A stretch of DNA of 64,000 nucleotides from assembly GCA_016744115.1 (NCBI GenBank), contig JADGEZ010000004.1, forward strand, positions 29,079-93,078, in the 5' to 3' direction. The notes under the pieces were generated by a model. It did no database searches and was not told the DNA's origin. It saw nothing but the letters and a program-made list of their open reading frames with translations. Source of the DNA: Sulfurimonas sp. (GTDB lineage: Bacteria > Campylobacterota > Campylobacteria > Campylobacterales > Sulfurimonadaceae). Positions 47,302 to 56,102 of the stretch are shown one piece after another. The position numbers and the translations under genes are program-made. Position 1 is the stretch's first letter; every line of letters starts with the position of its first letter.

Positions 47302-48606
47302 TTAGTTTCCTTTTTTTAGAATGATAGTAGTAGATTTATCAAAATCAAAATATTTTTTTGCAGCAATTTGCACTTTTGAAGCCGTTATGTTTTTAACATC
47401 CTCTTCGTAACTCATCAGTGGCGATATATCCCCACGCACTAAATAACTTCCATAAAGGTTTGCAACAGAAGTAGAACTCTCTAGTGAATATATAAAATCA
47501 GATTTTGTATTTATCTTCACTTTATGAAGTTCTGCTTTTGTAACCTTTGTTGTTTTCATAAGTTCTATCTCTTGTATGAGTTGGGCTTCTACATCTTCTG
47601 CTTTTACACCAGGATTACATACTGCTAGAAATATAAATAAACCTGGATCGATATTTTCCATATTATAAGCATACACAGTGTTTACCATTTGCTTTTCATC
47701 TACAAGCCTCTTGTAAAGTCGTGAACTTTTTCCAGAATAAAGAATCTCAGAGATTACACTTAGTGTAACTTGATCAGGGTCTTTAAAATCTGGAATATGA
47801 AAAGTGATAGCGACAATCTCAACTTCACTATCTTTTTTGAGCATGACACGCCTTGCCCCATCTTGTTCTGGTTCTACAAATTTAAATTCAGGAACTATTA
47901 CTTTATTTTCAATATTTCCAAATTCTTTTTTAGCTTTTTTAAATACCTCTTTTGGATTTACATCTCCTGTTACGATTAAAATCGCATTGTTTGCTTGGTA
48001 GTATGTTTTGTGAAAATCTTTTATATCTTCGATTGTCCATGTTTGTATATCATTCATAAAGCCTATGGGTGTCCAGTGATAAGGATGATAAACATAAGCA
48101 GCATTAAAAAGTGCAAAGTAAAGGTAACCTGTTGGATTATTTTCAGTTCTCCAGCGTCTTTCTTCAGCTACCACATCTCGTTCTGGTTGAAACTCTTTGT
48201 CTTTTAGTTTAAGGTTTTGCATAAGTTCTGCATAAAGAGAAAGAGATTTTCCAAGATTATCCGTACTAGATTTAATATAATAATGCGTATAGTCAAAACT
48301 CGTAGATGCGTTGTTTACACCGCCGATACTTTTTACTTCTTTATCAAACTCTCCAGCATCAAGATTTTTTGTAGATTTAAAGTTCATGTGTTCAAGCATA
48401 TGAGCAATGCCTGTTTTACCCATAATCTCATTTCTGCTTCCAACCTTGTAAAATATATCTGTAGAGATTACATTTGTGGAGTTCTTGAGTGGGATAACAA
48501 CGATTTGTAGTCCATTTTTGAGTGTTTTAGTTTCGTATTTTGGTAATGATGATGCCATAAGTGTTCCTAAGATTAGTATTGTAAGTAGTATTTTATGAAT
48601 TAGCAT
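47302..48606 (-). CDS. M16-family (pitrilysin-like) zinc peptidase
   Basis: Signal peptide and the inverted zinc motif HMLEHM (HxxEH). Confidence 0.8.
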   Translation of the reverse strand: MLIHKILLTILILGTLMASSLPKYETKTLKNGLQIVVIPLKNSTNVISTDIFYKVGSRNEIMGKTGIAHMLEHMNFKSTKNLDAGEFDKEVKSIGGVNNASTSFDYTHYYIKSSTDNLGKSLSLYAELMQNLKLKDKEFQPERDVVAEERRWRTENNPTGYLYFALFNAAYVYHPYHWTPIGFMNDIQTWTIEDIKDFHKTYYQANNAILIVTGDVNPKEVFKKAKKEFGNIENKVIVPEFKFVEPEQDGARRVMLKKDSEVEIVAITFHIPDFKDPDQVTLSVISEILYSGKSSRLYKRLVDEKQMVNTVYAYNMENIDPGLFIFLAVCNPGVKAEDVEAQLIQEIELMKTTKVTKAELHKVKINTKSDFIYSLESSTSVANLYGSYLVRGDISPLMSYEEDVKNITASKVQIAAKKYFDFDKSTTIILKKGN

Positions 48607-49666
48607 GAGTGCCTCTTTCTACGCCTATAGCCTGTGTAATATTGTCATATCCATCGGCTTTGAGTAATTCTATAAGTTCTTTATTAAGGTTCATTATCAT
48701 ATCTGGACCATGAAAAACTAGACCGCTAAGAATTTGAACAAGTGAAGCACCTGCTTTAATTCGTTTGTACGCTTCTTGTGCTGAATCAATCCCACCCACT
48801 GAGATAAGAGTCGTTTTTCCAAAAAGTTCTTTTGCTATTGCTTCAAAAATTTTAAAACTTTTTTCTTTTAAAACTGCACCACTAATACCGCCTATATCTT
48901 GAGGATTTTTCACTAAAGAATAATCTGTACTTGTATTTGTAGCGATGATCCCATCTGCACCTTTTTCTACTGCCATTATACTTAGCGATACTGCATCTTC
49001 TATACTCATATCAGGTGCTATTTTAAGTAGTATTGGCATCTTAGTGAGAGCCTTTGCCTCGCTAAATAAGGTAGATATAAACTCTTCATTTTGTAAATCT
49101 CTTAAACCTGGAGTATTTGGAGAAGAGATATTAATAACAAAATAATCTCCTAAGCCATCAAAAGCCTTGATGAGATGTATATAGTCATTTATAGCTTCTT
49201 TTTCTGGCGTTATTTTGTTTTTGCCAATGTTTATACCTATAGGTGTTGTAAAAGGAAAACGATTTTTTAAGCGTTTTATAACAGAATATGCTCCATCATT
49301 GTTAAAGCCCATAGCATTTTGGATAGCTTCTTCTTCTATGTGACGAAACATTCTAGGTTTTGGATTTCCAAGTTGAGCTTTTGGCGTAACCGTTCCAATC
49401 TCGCTAAAGCCAAAGCCTAAGATTTGTGTCCCTCGAATCATAGTTGCATTTTTATCAAATCCAGCAGCTAAGCCAATCGGGTTTAAGAAATCTCTTTGAA
49501 AAATCTTTTGCGAGAGTATATCATCGGCGATAAAGTGAGATTTGAGAATTGGGTTAAATAGAATTTGACAAATATTTGGAAATTTTAAAACGCACTCCGC
49601 TAGGTGATGTGCAGTTTCTGCTTGGAGTTTAAAAAGTATAGGTTTTATTGCTTCATAGTTTATCAT
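48593..49666 (-). CDS. pyrD: Dihydroorotate dehydrogenase (quinone), class 2
   Basis: N-terminal membrane-association helix, GLAAGFDKN, GFGFSEIGTVTP, NISSPNTPGLR and GGI motifs. Confidence 0.9.
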   Translation of the reverse strand: MINYEAIKPILFKLQAETAHHLAECVLKFPNICQILFNPILKSHFIADDILSQKIFQRDFLNPIGLAAGFDKNATMIRGTQILGFGFSEIGTVTPKAQLGNPKPRMFRHIEEEAIQNAMGFNNDGAYSVIKRLKNRFPFTTPIGINIGKNKITPEKEAINDYIHLIKAFDGLGDYFVINISSPNTPGLRDLQNEEFISTLFSEAKALTKMPILLKIAPDMSIEDAVSLSIMAVEKGADGIIATNTSTDYSLVKNPQDIGGISGAVLKEKSFKIFEAIAKELFGKTTLISVGGIDSAQEAYKRIKAGASLVQILSGLVFHGPDMIMNLNKELIELLKADGYDNITQAIGVERGTHANS

Positions 49667-49750
49667 TATGGGGGTAGTACCTTTTGTAAAATTTTGATAT
49701 TATACTTAAATAATGTTAAGATACATTAATAACTCAGCTAAAAGTATGGT

Positions 49751-49855
49751 AAATCAAAGTTAATGTCATTCTCAGCTTGACTGGGAATCTAGTCTATTAT
49801 TCCATATACATTAGACCCTGAATCAAGTTCAGGGTGACAAATTGAGCTGTTTTGC
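49751..49855 (+). repeat. ~100-bp REP-like element with two opposed hairpins
   Basis: GTCATTCTCAGCTTGACTGGGAATC (8-bp stem, CTTGA loop) and CCCTGAATCAAGTTCAGGG (7-bp stem, TCAAG loop). The left half is identical to 28028-28071. Confidence 0.85.
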
Positions 49856-49951
49856 TTAAATTTGATTTACTATGATCTAGAAGCTAAAATATTTAAACAT
49901 AGAAGAAGCAACTAGAATTTTAGAGGAATACTCAAAAAAAGGATAGATATT

Positions 49952-50512
49952 ATGACTACAGTATTAGTACCCTTAGCAAAAGGTTTTGAAGAGATAGAGG
50001 CTGTTACAATAATAAATGTATTGAGGCGTGCGCATATAGATGTTGTTGTAGCCTCACTTGATCATGTAGCTCTAGTTCAGGGAGCAAATGGCATCGTAAT
50101 TGAGGCAGATGTATCTTTGGATAATGTTGTTACAGACATTCTTGACATGATGGTTCTCCCTGGTGGATGGGACGGAGCTAATAAGCTCGCAGAAAATAAG
50201 ATTGTGCAAAATATGTTAAAAGAGATGGATGGTTTAGGAAAATATATAGCAGCAATTTGTGCAGCACCTTATGCTTTACACAAGGCTGGAGTTCTTAAAC
50301 AAAACTATACATGTTACCCATCAGCTGAAGAAAAAATAAGGCTAGATGGTTATCAAGGTGATAAGTCAATGCTTGTAGAAGATGGAAATGTTATGACATC
50401 AAGGGGACCTGCAACTTCTATATGTTTTGCACTAGAAATCGTTAAGAAGCTTAAAGGCGAAGAGACATATAATAGAGTAAGAAGTGAACTTTTAGCTACT
50501 TATTGTGAGTAA
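49952..50512 (+). CDS. DJ-1/PfpI (ThiJ/YajL) family protein
   Basis: Nucleophile-elbow motif AAICAAP, LPGG, 186 aa. Confidence 0.8.
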   Translation: MTTVLVPLAKGFEEIEAVTIINVLRRAHIDVVVASLDHVALVQGANGIVIEADVSLDNVVTDILDMMVLPGGWDGANKLAENKIVQNMLKEMDGLGKYIAAICAAPYALHKAGVLKQNYTCYPSAEEKIRLDGYQGDKSMLVEDGNVMTSRGPATSICFALEIVKKLKGEETYNRVRSELLATYCE

Positions 50513-50567
50513 CTAAAAAGAAGGTAAGTAACTATAAAGTTTTTGATAAAAAGCGTCGTCCTCGTTT

Positions 50568-50659
50568 GAAACTTTGAAACAACCGTCATTGAAACTTTGA
50601 AACAACCGTCATTGAAACTTTGAAACAACCGTCATTGAAACTTTTAAACAACCGTCATT
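50568..50659 (+). repeat. 23-bp perfect tandem repeat x4 (GAAACTTTGAAACAACCGTCATT; 4th unit has one change)
   Basis: Units at 50568, 50591, 50614 and 50637 with no spacers. The last unit runs into the REP-type hairpin at 50654-50678. Confidence 0.95.
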
Positions 50660-50678
50660 CCGTGCTTGACACGGAATC
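50654..50678 (+). repeat. Solo REP-type hairpin GTCATTCCGTG-CTTGA-CACGGAATC
   Basis: 8-bp stem ATTCCGTG/CACGGAAT with a CTTGA loop. Same flanks and loop as the hairpin at 49771-49795. Confidence 0.85.
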
Positions 50679-50852
50679 TAAAAGCCCTAAATAACAAGAT
50701 ACTGTATAAAAAGCTTTTTCTCTCTCATCTTCCTCGGTTTAGAATATCTACAAAAAAAGTAAAAAATAAACTTTTACAACATTGATTAAGCAATTATTTA
50801 GAGACAATTAAATAAAATAAGTATTATTTATATATATAAACAAAGGTAAGAA

Positions 50853-51278
50853 ATGGAATGTGAATTTGCTACAATTAACTCAGATAATAAAGAAGTTTTA
50901 GAGATACTAGAGAGTGTAAAAACTATCGCAATTTTGGGTTTATCACCTAATGAGACTAAAGCAAGTAATATGGTTGGAAAATTTTTACAAAATCATGGAT
51001 ATAAAATAGTACCAGTCTATCCAAAAGAAGAGACTATTTTAGGTGAAAAAGTATATAGAAGTTTAAAAGAGATACCTTTTAATGTGGATATGGTAGATAT
51101 TTTTAGAAAACCAGATGCATTTAATGCTATAATAGATATATGCATTGAGCGTAAAGATGTAAAAGTGTTTTGGGGTCAGTTAGGATTAGTAAACAACGAA
51201 GCGGCTCAAAAAGCTCTTGATGCTGGGATGAGGGTTGTGCAAAATCAATGCCCTAAAATCGTTTTACAAAATAGATAG
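50853..51278 (+). CDS. CoA-binding domain protein (YccU/YneT-like)
   Basis: IAILGLSPNETKASNMV..GYKIVPVYP is a Rossmann-like CoA-binding pattern. 141 aa. Confidence 0.7.
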   Translation: MECEFATINSDNKEVLEILESVKTIAILGLSPNETKASNMVGKFLQNHGYKIVPVYPKEETILGEKVYRSLKEIPFNVDMVDIFRKPDAFNAIIDICIERKDVKVFWGQLGLVNNEAAQKALDAGMRVVQNQCPKIVLQNR

Positions 51279-51286
51279 GAAATTTA

Positions 51287-52489
51287 TTGCTTAATTTACA
51301 AATGATATACGATGCTAGAGAGAGAATAAAAAATATTATTGTAGATACACCATTTTCTTACGCTCCAAATTTAAGTAAACTGACTGATTGTGAGATTTAT
51401 CTCAAAAAAGAAAATCTTCAAATTACAGGTGCATTTAAAATTCGTGGGGCTTACAATAAAATAGCCTCATTAAGTGACACTCAAAAAGCTTCAGGTGTAG
51501 TGGCTGCGAGTGCGGGAAATCATGCACAAGGTGTAGCCTTATCCGCATCAAAGTTTAATATCAAAGCTGTTATTATCATGCCAGAATCTACACCATTAAC
51601 AAAGGTTAATGGTGTAAAAGGTTTTGGAGCAGAAGTGATTTTAGCGGGTACTAATTATGATGAGGCTTATGCTTACGCAAAAGAGTATGCAGAGAAAAAT
51701 TCTTTAACCTTTGTTCATCCCTTTGAAGATGATGAAGTGATGGCTGGTCAAGGAACTCTTGCCTTAGATATTTTAGATTCTTGCCAGAATGTAGAGGCTA
51801 TAGTGATACCTGTTGGGGGAGGGGGTCTTATCTCTGGTATGGCTCTAGCAATTAAAGAAATAAATCCAAATATCAAAATAATTGGTGTCGGTGCTAGTGG
51901 TGCTCCAGCATTAAAAAACTCATTTTCACTTAAAAAAGCTGTAGATTCTAAAAGTGTAAGAACAATAGCTGATGGTATAGCGGTTCGTGATACATCAGAA
52001 GTTACACTTTCTCTTATCCTTAAATATGTAGATGAGTTTATAAGCGTAGATGATGAAGAGATAGCAAGTGCTATTTTATTTTTACTTGAAAATCAAAAGC
52101 TAGTTGTAGAAGGAGCAGGGGCAGTTGGTGTTGCTGCCTTACTTCATAAAAAACTAGAGCATTTAAAGGGGAAAAAAGTAGCAGTAGTTTTAAGTGGAGG
52201 GAATATGGATGTTACCCTTCTTTCTGTGATTATAGAAAAAGGTCTTCTTAAATCTGGTAGAAAAATGAATGTAACAGTAACTTTGATTGATAAGCCAGGT
52301 TCTCTGCATAGATTTACTGAAATCATAGAAGAGTTAAATGCAAATATCGTGCATATTTCTTATGATAGGACATCCATCTCGCTTGATTATGGTGATGCTC
52401 ATGTTACGGTTCATATGGAAACTAAAGGTAAAGAACATCAAATAAAAATCCGAAAAACACTTAAAAATGAGGGATATTTAAGAGATTAG
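51287..52489 (+). CDS. ilvA: Threonine ammonia-lyase (threonine dehydratase) with one C-terminal ACT-like domain
   Basis: PLP Lys motif ENLQITGAFKIRGA, SAGNHAQGVA, GGGGLISG, plus a ~80-aa regulatory tail. Confidence 0.85.
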   Translation: MLNLQMIYDARERIKNIIVDTPFSYAPNLSKLTDCEIYLKKENLQITGAFKIRGAYNKIASLSDTQKASGVVAASAGNHAQGVALSASKFNIKAVIIMPESTPLTKVNGVKGFGAEVILAGTNYDEAYAYAKEYAEKNSLTFVHPFEDDEVMAGQGTLALDILDSCQNVEAIVIPVGGGGLISGMALAIKEINPNIKIIGVGASGAPALKNSFSLKKAVDSKSVRTIADGIAVRDTSEVTLSLILKYVDEFISVDDEEIASAILFLLENQKLVVEGAGAVGVAALLHKKLEHLKGKKVAVVLSGGNMDVTLLSVIIEKGLLKSGRKMNVTVTLIDKPGSLHRFTEIIEELNANIVHISYDRTSISLDYGDAHVTVHMETKGKEHQIKIRKTLKNEGYLRD

Positions 52490-52493
52490 CATT

Positions 52494-54620
52494 ATGAAAG
52501 CAATAAAAGATAAAAATTTTACAAATCCAATTATACTTATAAAAATACTTAATAATGGTGATGTGTTTATCGTAGATGATAAAACTACAATAAGAATCCT
52601 AGAAAAAGAAAAACTAGATTTAATAGACGGATATAAAGCGAACAACTTTCATCTAAGATATAGAAATAGTGTAGTGGCTTTTTCTAATGATTCTAAATAC
52701 TTTGCAACTGTTAGTGCAGACTCTAACGAAGCTAAACTATACAGTATGCAAACGAGAAAAATAATTCATGTAGTGGATAAACATAATGGAGAAGTCTCTT
52801 GCGTAGGGATAGATAACGCCAGTAAATATATGTTTTCTTGTGGTGATGATGGAAAAACTTTTGCTACAGATATTGAAAGTGGAGACTTAGCTTTTGCCCT
52901 TCCTATTCATATTGACGCTGTTACTGATATTGCATTTTCATCAAATGGGAATTGGGTAGCAACATCTTCTTATGATAGAAAAATATCTATTTTTAATCTT
53001 GCGATGATGGCACCTAAGCATAAACTAAGGTATCACTCTGTTGCGGTTATGAAAATATCTTTTATTGGTAAAGATAGGCTTTTGAGTATAGATAAAAATA
53101 ATACAGCCATTATATGGAACATATATACTGGAAAAGTTATAATAAGATTAAAAGGTATCCATGATGATGTTACACAGATACTCATAGCCCAAAACAATAA
53201 GTTTCTTTTCTTAGGGACTTCTCTTGGTTATGTGTTAGTCTATGATTTAGATACTTACGAGCAAATATCAAGAAAGTATGTAAAAACAAGAGAGTCAATA
53301 AGTTCTCTGGCTTTTGATGAAGAATCTAAATATTTATATGTGGCTTCTAAGAGTTGTGATTTATCTGTATATGATATTTATGGAGGTGAAGACTATATAA
53401 AATCTTTATTAAAAGAGAAAAAATATGATAGTATCCATTTTTTTATAGAAACAAATCCTCTCTTAGCCTATACAAAGATTGACATTTTGTTGTCAAAGCT
53501 TTGGGAAAATACACTTAAAAAAGCAAAAATATCTCTTCAACACGGTGATAGACTTCAGGCTATTGCATTGTTTCATAATTTTAAAAATATTCCTGAAAAA
53601 AATAAAATAATGAATCATATACTTGAAGAGTATGTGGAATATGATAGGTTTGCAGAGTTAGTAGAGCAAGATAAAGTTTCTCTTGCCTATGGTTTACTTC
53701 AAAAGCACCCTTTATATAAAGAAACAGTAGTATATAAATCTTTAGACGCAAAATGGAAAAAAGCATTTTATTTAGCACAGAAGTATATAATGGACCCAAA
53801 AGGGATAGATAAAGCACGAGAAATTTTAGCACCGTATAGAGGGATAAGTGATAAAACTAAACTAACCCAAGAGCTATTTGCCCAGGGTGAGGTATATAAA
53901 AGATTTAAAGTTTCTCTTGGACAAAAAGATTTTAAAATTGTTTTTGAACTTATAAAATTACATCCATTTTTAAAAGAGTTCCCTGAATATAAGTCTATCA
54001 TGGACTATGGAGATTCTTTATACATTAAATCTCAAAAGTTTATGGATGAAGATGATACACATTCTACTACAAAGATTCTAAGAATTCTTATTGATTTTCC
54101 AGATTTCTCAACAGAGGTTAAAGAATTAAGCCATAATATAGAAGTCAAACAAAAGTTTTATAAAGCTATCAGAGACAAGGATATGATTAGTGCCTATAAT
54201 ATGTTGAGCTTATCAGAAGACTTATTAGAAACCGAAGATGGCAGAGATTTACAAGATAGATGGAATCGAGACCTCATCAAAGCAAACTCTTTTGCAATGG
54301 AGGGTAATGTAGAAGCAATAAAAGTGATTTTAGATGATTATATGGTTGTAAATTCAAAGTATGTGTCATTAGGAAGTATTTTTGGTTGGTGCTATATGAC
54401 ACAAATAGAACGAGCTATAGAACATCAAAGAGAACAAGCATTTATAGAAAACGGAATAAAAAATTATATATTAAGTTTTGGTTTACAAGATCAAATTTTA
54501 AGTTTATTTGAAATATTTATATCCGAGTATTCTTCTTCAAAATTAAATTTAAGGCTTTTAAGTAAAGGTGATTTGAAAATGTGGCGACCATCTATGATTG
54601 TAAATTCTATTTTAGATTGA
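52494..54620 (+). CDS. WD40 beta-propeller protein with ~400-aa C-terminal helical domain
   Basis: Repeated blade signatures (VAFSNDSKYFATVSAD, VSCVGIDNASKYMFSCGDDG, DIAFSSNGNWVATSSYDRKISIFN, LLSIDKNNTAIIWN, LAFDEESKYLYVAS), followed by a helical repeat-like region. Confidence 0.7.
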   Translation: MKAIKDKNFTNPIILIKILNNGDVFIVDDKTTIRILEKEKLDLIDGYKANNFHLRYRNSVVAFSNDSKYFATVSADSNEAKLYSMQTRKIIHVVDKHNGEVSCVGIDNASKYMFSCGDDGKTFATDIESGDLAFALPIHIDAVTDIAFSSNGNWVATSSYDRKISIFNLAMMAPKHKLRYHSVAVMKISFIGKDRLLSIDKNNTAIIWNIYTGKVIIRLKGIHDDVTQILIAQNNKFLFLGTSLGYVLVYDLDTYEQISRKYVKTRESISSLAFDEESKYLYVASKSCDLSVYDIYGGEDYIKSLLKEKKYDSIHFFIETNPLLAYTKIDILLSKLWENTLKKAKISLQHGDRLQAIALFHNFKNIPEKNKIMNHILEEYVEYDRFAELVEQDKVSLAYGLLQKHPLYKETVVYKSLDAKWKKAFYLAQKYIMDPKGIDKAREILAPYRGISDKTKLTQELFAQGEVYKRFKVSLGQKDFKIVFELIKLHPFLKEFPEYKSIMDYGDSLYIKSQKFMDEDDTHSTTKILRILIDFPDFSTEVKELSHNIEVKQKFYKAIRDKDMISAYNMLSLSEDLLETEDGRDLQDRWNRDLIKANSFAMEGNVEAIKVILDDYMVVNSKYVSLGSIFGWCYMTQIERAIEHQREQAFIENGIKNYILSFGLQDQILSLFEIFISEYSSSKLNLRLLSKGDLKMWRPSMIVNSILD

Positions 54621-54667
54621 TTTTAAAATTTTCCTTATGGTATAATTGAGTTTAATAGGAGTTAATC

Positions 54668-54835
54668 ATGAAAAAATATATCTGTACATTATGTGATTGG
54701 ATTTACGACCCAAATATTGGTGATCCTGATGGATCAATTTCTTCAGGAACAGCCTTTGAAGATATTCCTAATGATTGGGTTTGTCCTACTTGTGGAGCAA
54801 CTAAGGAAGATTTTGAAGTCTATGAAGAGTATTGA
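54668..54835 (+). CDS. Rubredoxin (55 aa), not in the supplied ORF track
   Basis: ATG at 54668 preceded by AGGAG. Translation [55 protein letters not shown] carries both CxxCG knuckles and conserved aromatic residues. Confidence 0.9.
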   Translation: MKKYICTLCDWIYDPNIGDPDGSISSGTAFEDIPNDWVCPTCGATKEDFEVYEEY

Positions 54836-54880
54836 TGAATACAAATTTATTCCTCTTGAGGGTCTAGTTTCTTATGCTAG

Positions 54881-54904
54881 ATTCTGAATCAAGTTCAGAA
54901 TGAC
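54881..54904. repeat. Solo REP-type hairpin (ATTCTGAA-TCAAG-TTCAGAAT-GAC), inverted orientation
   Basis: 8-bp stem with TCAAG loop followed by GAC (the reverse complement of GTC..CTTGA..). Lies between the convergent rubredoxin and SEDS genes. Confidence 0.75.
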
Positions 54905-54938
54905 AGGTTGTATGAACTAGCCGCACTATGTTTAGATT

Positions 54939-56051
54939 TTATAAAAAACTTTTAGTACCACTTTTATCATACATATCTTTATATCTAAATGTAATGAGAT
55001 TTTGCATTATGGCAAACAAGACCATAAAGTTTAAAAAACTACTCCCTCCATAAGAAAATATAGGTAAGGGAACTCCAACTACAGGTGCGTAACCAATAGT
55101 CATTGAAATATTTACGCCCATATAGATAAAAATCATAAAAGAGATGGATATAGTCACAATTTTAATATAATAATCAGTGTTAAAAATACTTAAACTCATA
55201 AGATGTAAAATAAGCATGATATATATGGTGATTAAAGCTAAAGCCCCTAAAAATCCACTTCTCTCAACAACAAAAGCAAAAATAAAATCACTTGTTGCAA
55301 TAGGCAGGAACCTCATTTGTGTTTGTGTTGCATCTTCTTTACTTTTACCAGTCCAACCACCAGAACCAATAGCGATAATAGATTGTTGCACATGATAAGA
55401 TGGCTTTTCGCTTAAAAAATCTTTTATACGAACTTTTTGATAATCTTTTAAAGCATATTCATAGGCTAGGGGAGAGAACAATAATATCATGGTAAAAATA
55501 GTAGCCCAGATTTTCCAATAAACACCGATAAAAAACAAAACACCATAACCAATAAGAAGTAAAACTAAGGCTGTTCCCAAATCAGGTTCTTTAGCGATAA
55601 GAATAAAAGGGAGTAGAATATAAAAGCTAATTTTTAAAAAATCTTTTATTCTGTAGCCATTTATATCAGGTGGATTTTTATTTATGATATAAGCTAGCAT
55701 TAAAATAAGTGCAGGTTTAACAAATTCTGACGGTTGAATGGTTGCGTTGATATAAGGTATCTCTATCCACCTTTGAGCACCAAGTCTTGAGTGACCAAAA
55801 AATTCGACTGCTATAAGAAGTAAAATATTCATCCAATAAACAAGAGGTATAAGCCAACTCATTCTCCTAATAGGGAGGAAAAATACAAAAGTTGAAACTA
55901 AAACCGATACGGCTACATAGGTGCTTTGTTTTTGAGCTAAGCTAGGAACAACTTCATCAATGAAAAAGTGTGAAGCTAAAACCAAAGGTATGATTAGAAT
56001 TATAGAAAAAAAGTCAAATTGTGCTAGAATACGCTTATCAAATCTCCACAA
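54939..56051 (-). CDS. SEDS-family peptidoglycan polymerase (RodA/FtsW type)
   Basis: Around 9-10 TM segments. Motifs QPSEFVKP, PDLGTALV and LPIATSDFIFAFVVERSGFLG. Confidence 0.8.
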   Translation of the reverse strand: MWRFDKRILAQFDFFSIILIIPLVLASHFFIDEVVPSLAQKQSTYVAVSVLVSTFVFFLPIRRMSWLIPLVYWMNILLLIAVEFFGHSRLGAQRWIEIPYINATIQPSEFVKPALILMLAYIINKNPPDINGYRIKDFLKISFYILLPFILIAKEPDLGTALVLLLIGYGVLFFIGVYWKIWATIFTMILLFSPLAYEYALKDYQKVRIKDFLSEKPSYHVQQSIIAIGSGGWTGKSKEDATQTQMRFLPIATSDFIFAFVVERSGFLGALALITIYIMLILHLMSLSIFNTDYYIKIVTISISFMIFIYMGVNISMTIGYAPVVGVPLPIFSYGGSSFLNFMVLFAIMQNLITFRYKDMYDKSGTKSFL

Positions 56052-56102
56052 ATAGGTAACTCCAAAATAATTTATAAAATTGTATCACAAAAAGGGACAT
56101 AA

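Noticed and set aside
47770-48510. Four plus-strand ORFs (47770-47979, 47804-48001, 47995-48207, 48217-48510)
   Set aside because: They are antisense to the M16 peptidase gene, which carries the HxxEH motif. These are typical AT-rich antisense open frames.
50568-50659. Possible CRISPR array
   Set aside because: The 23-bp units are directly adjacent with no spacers, there are only four units, and there are no cas genes. It is a simple tandem repeat linked to a REP-type hairpin.
54693-54887. 64-aa ORF from the supplied track
   Set aside because: It overlaps the rubredoxin gene in another frame. The rubredoxin frame has an AGGAG RBS and unmistakable CxxCG motifs, whereas this ORF has no recognisable features.
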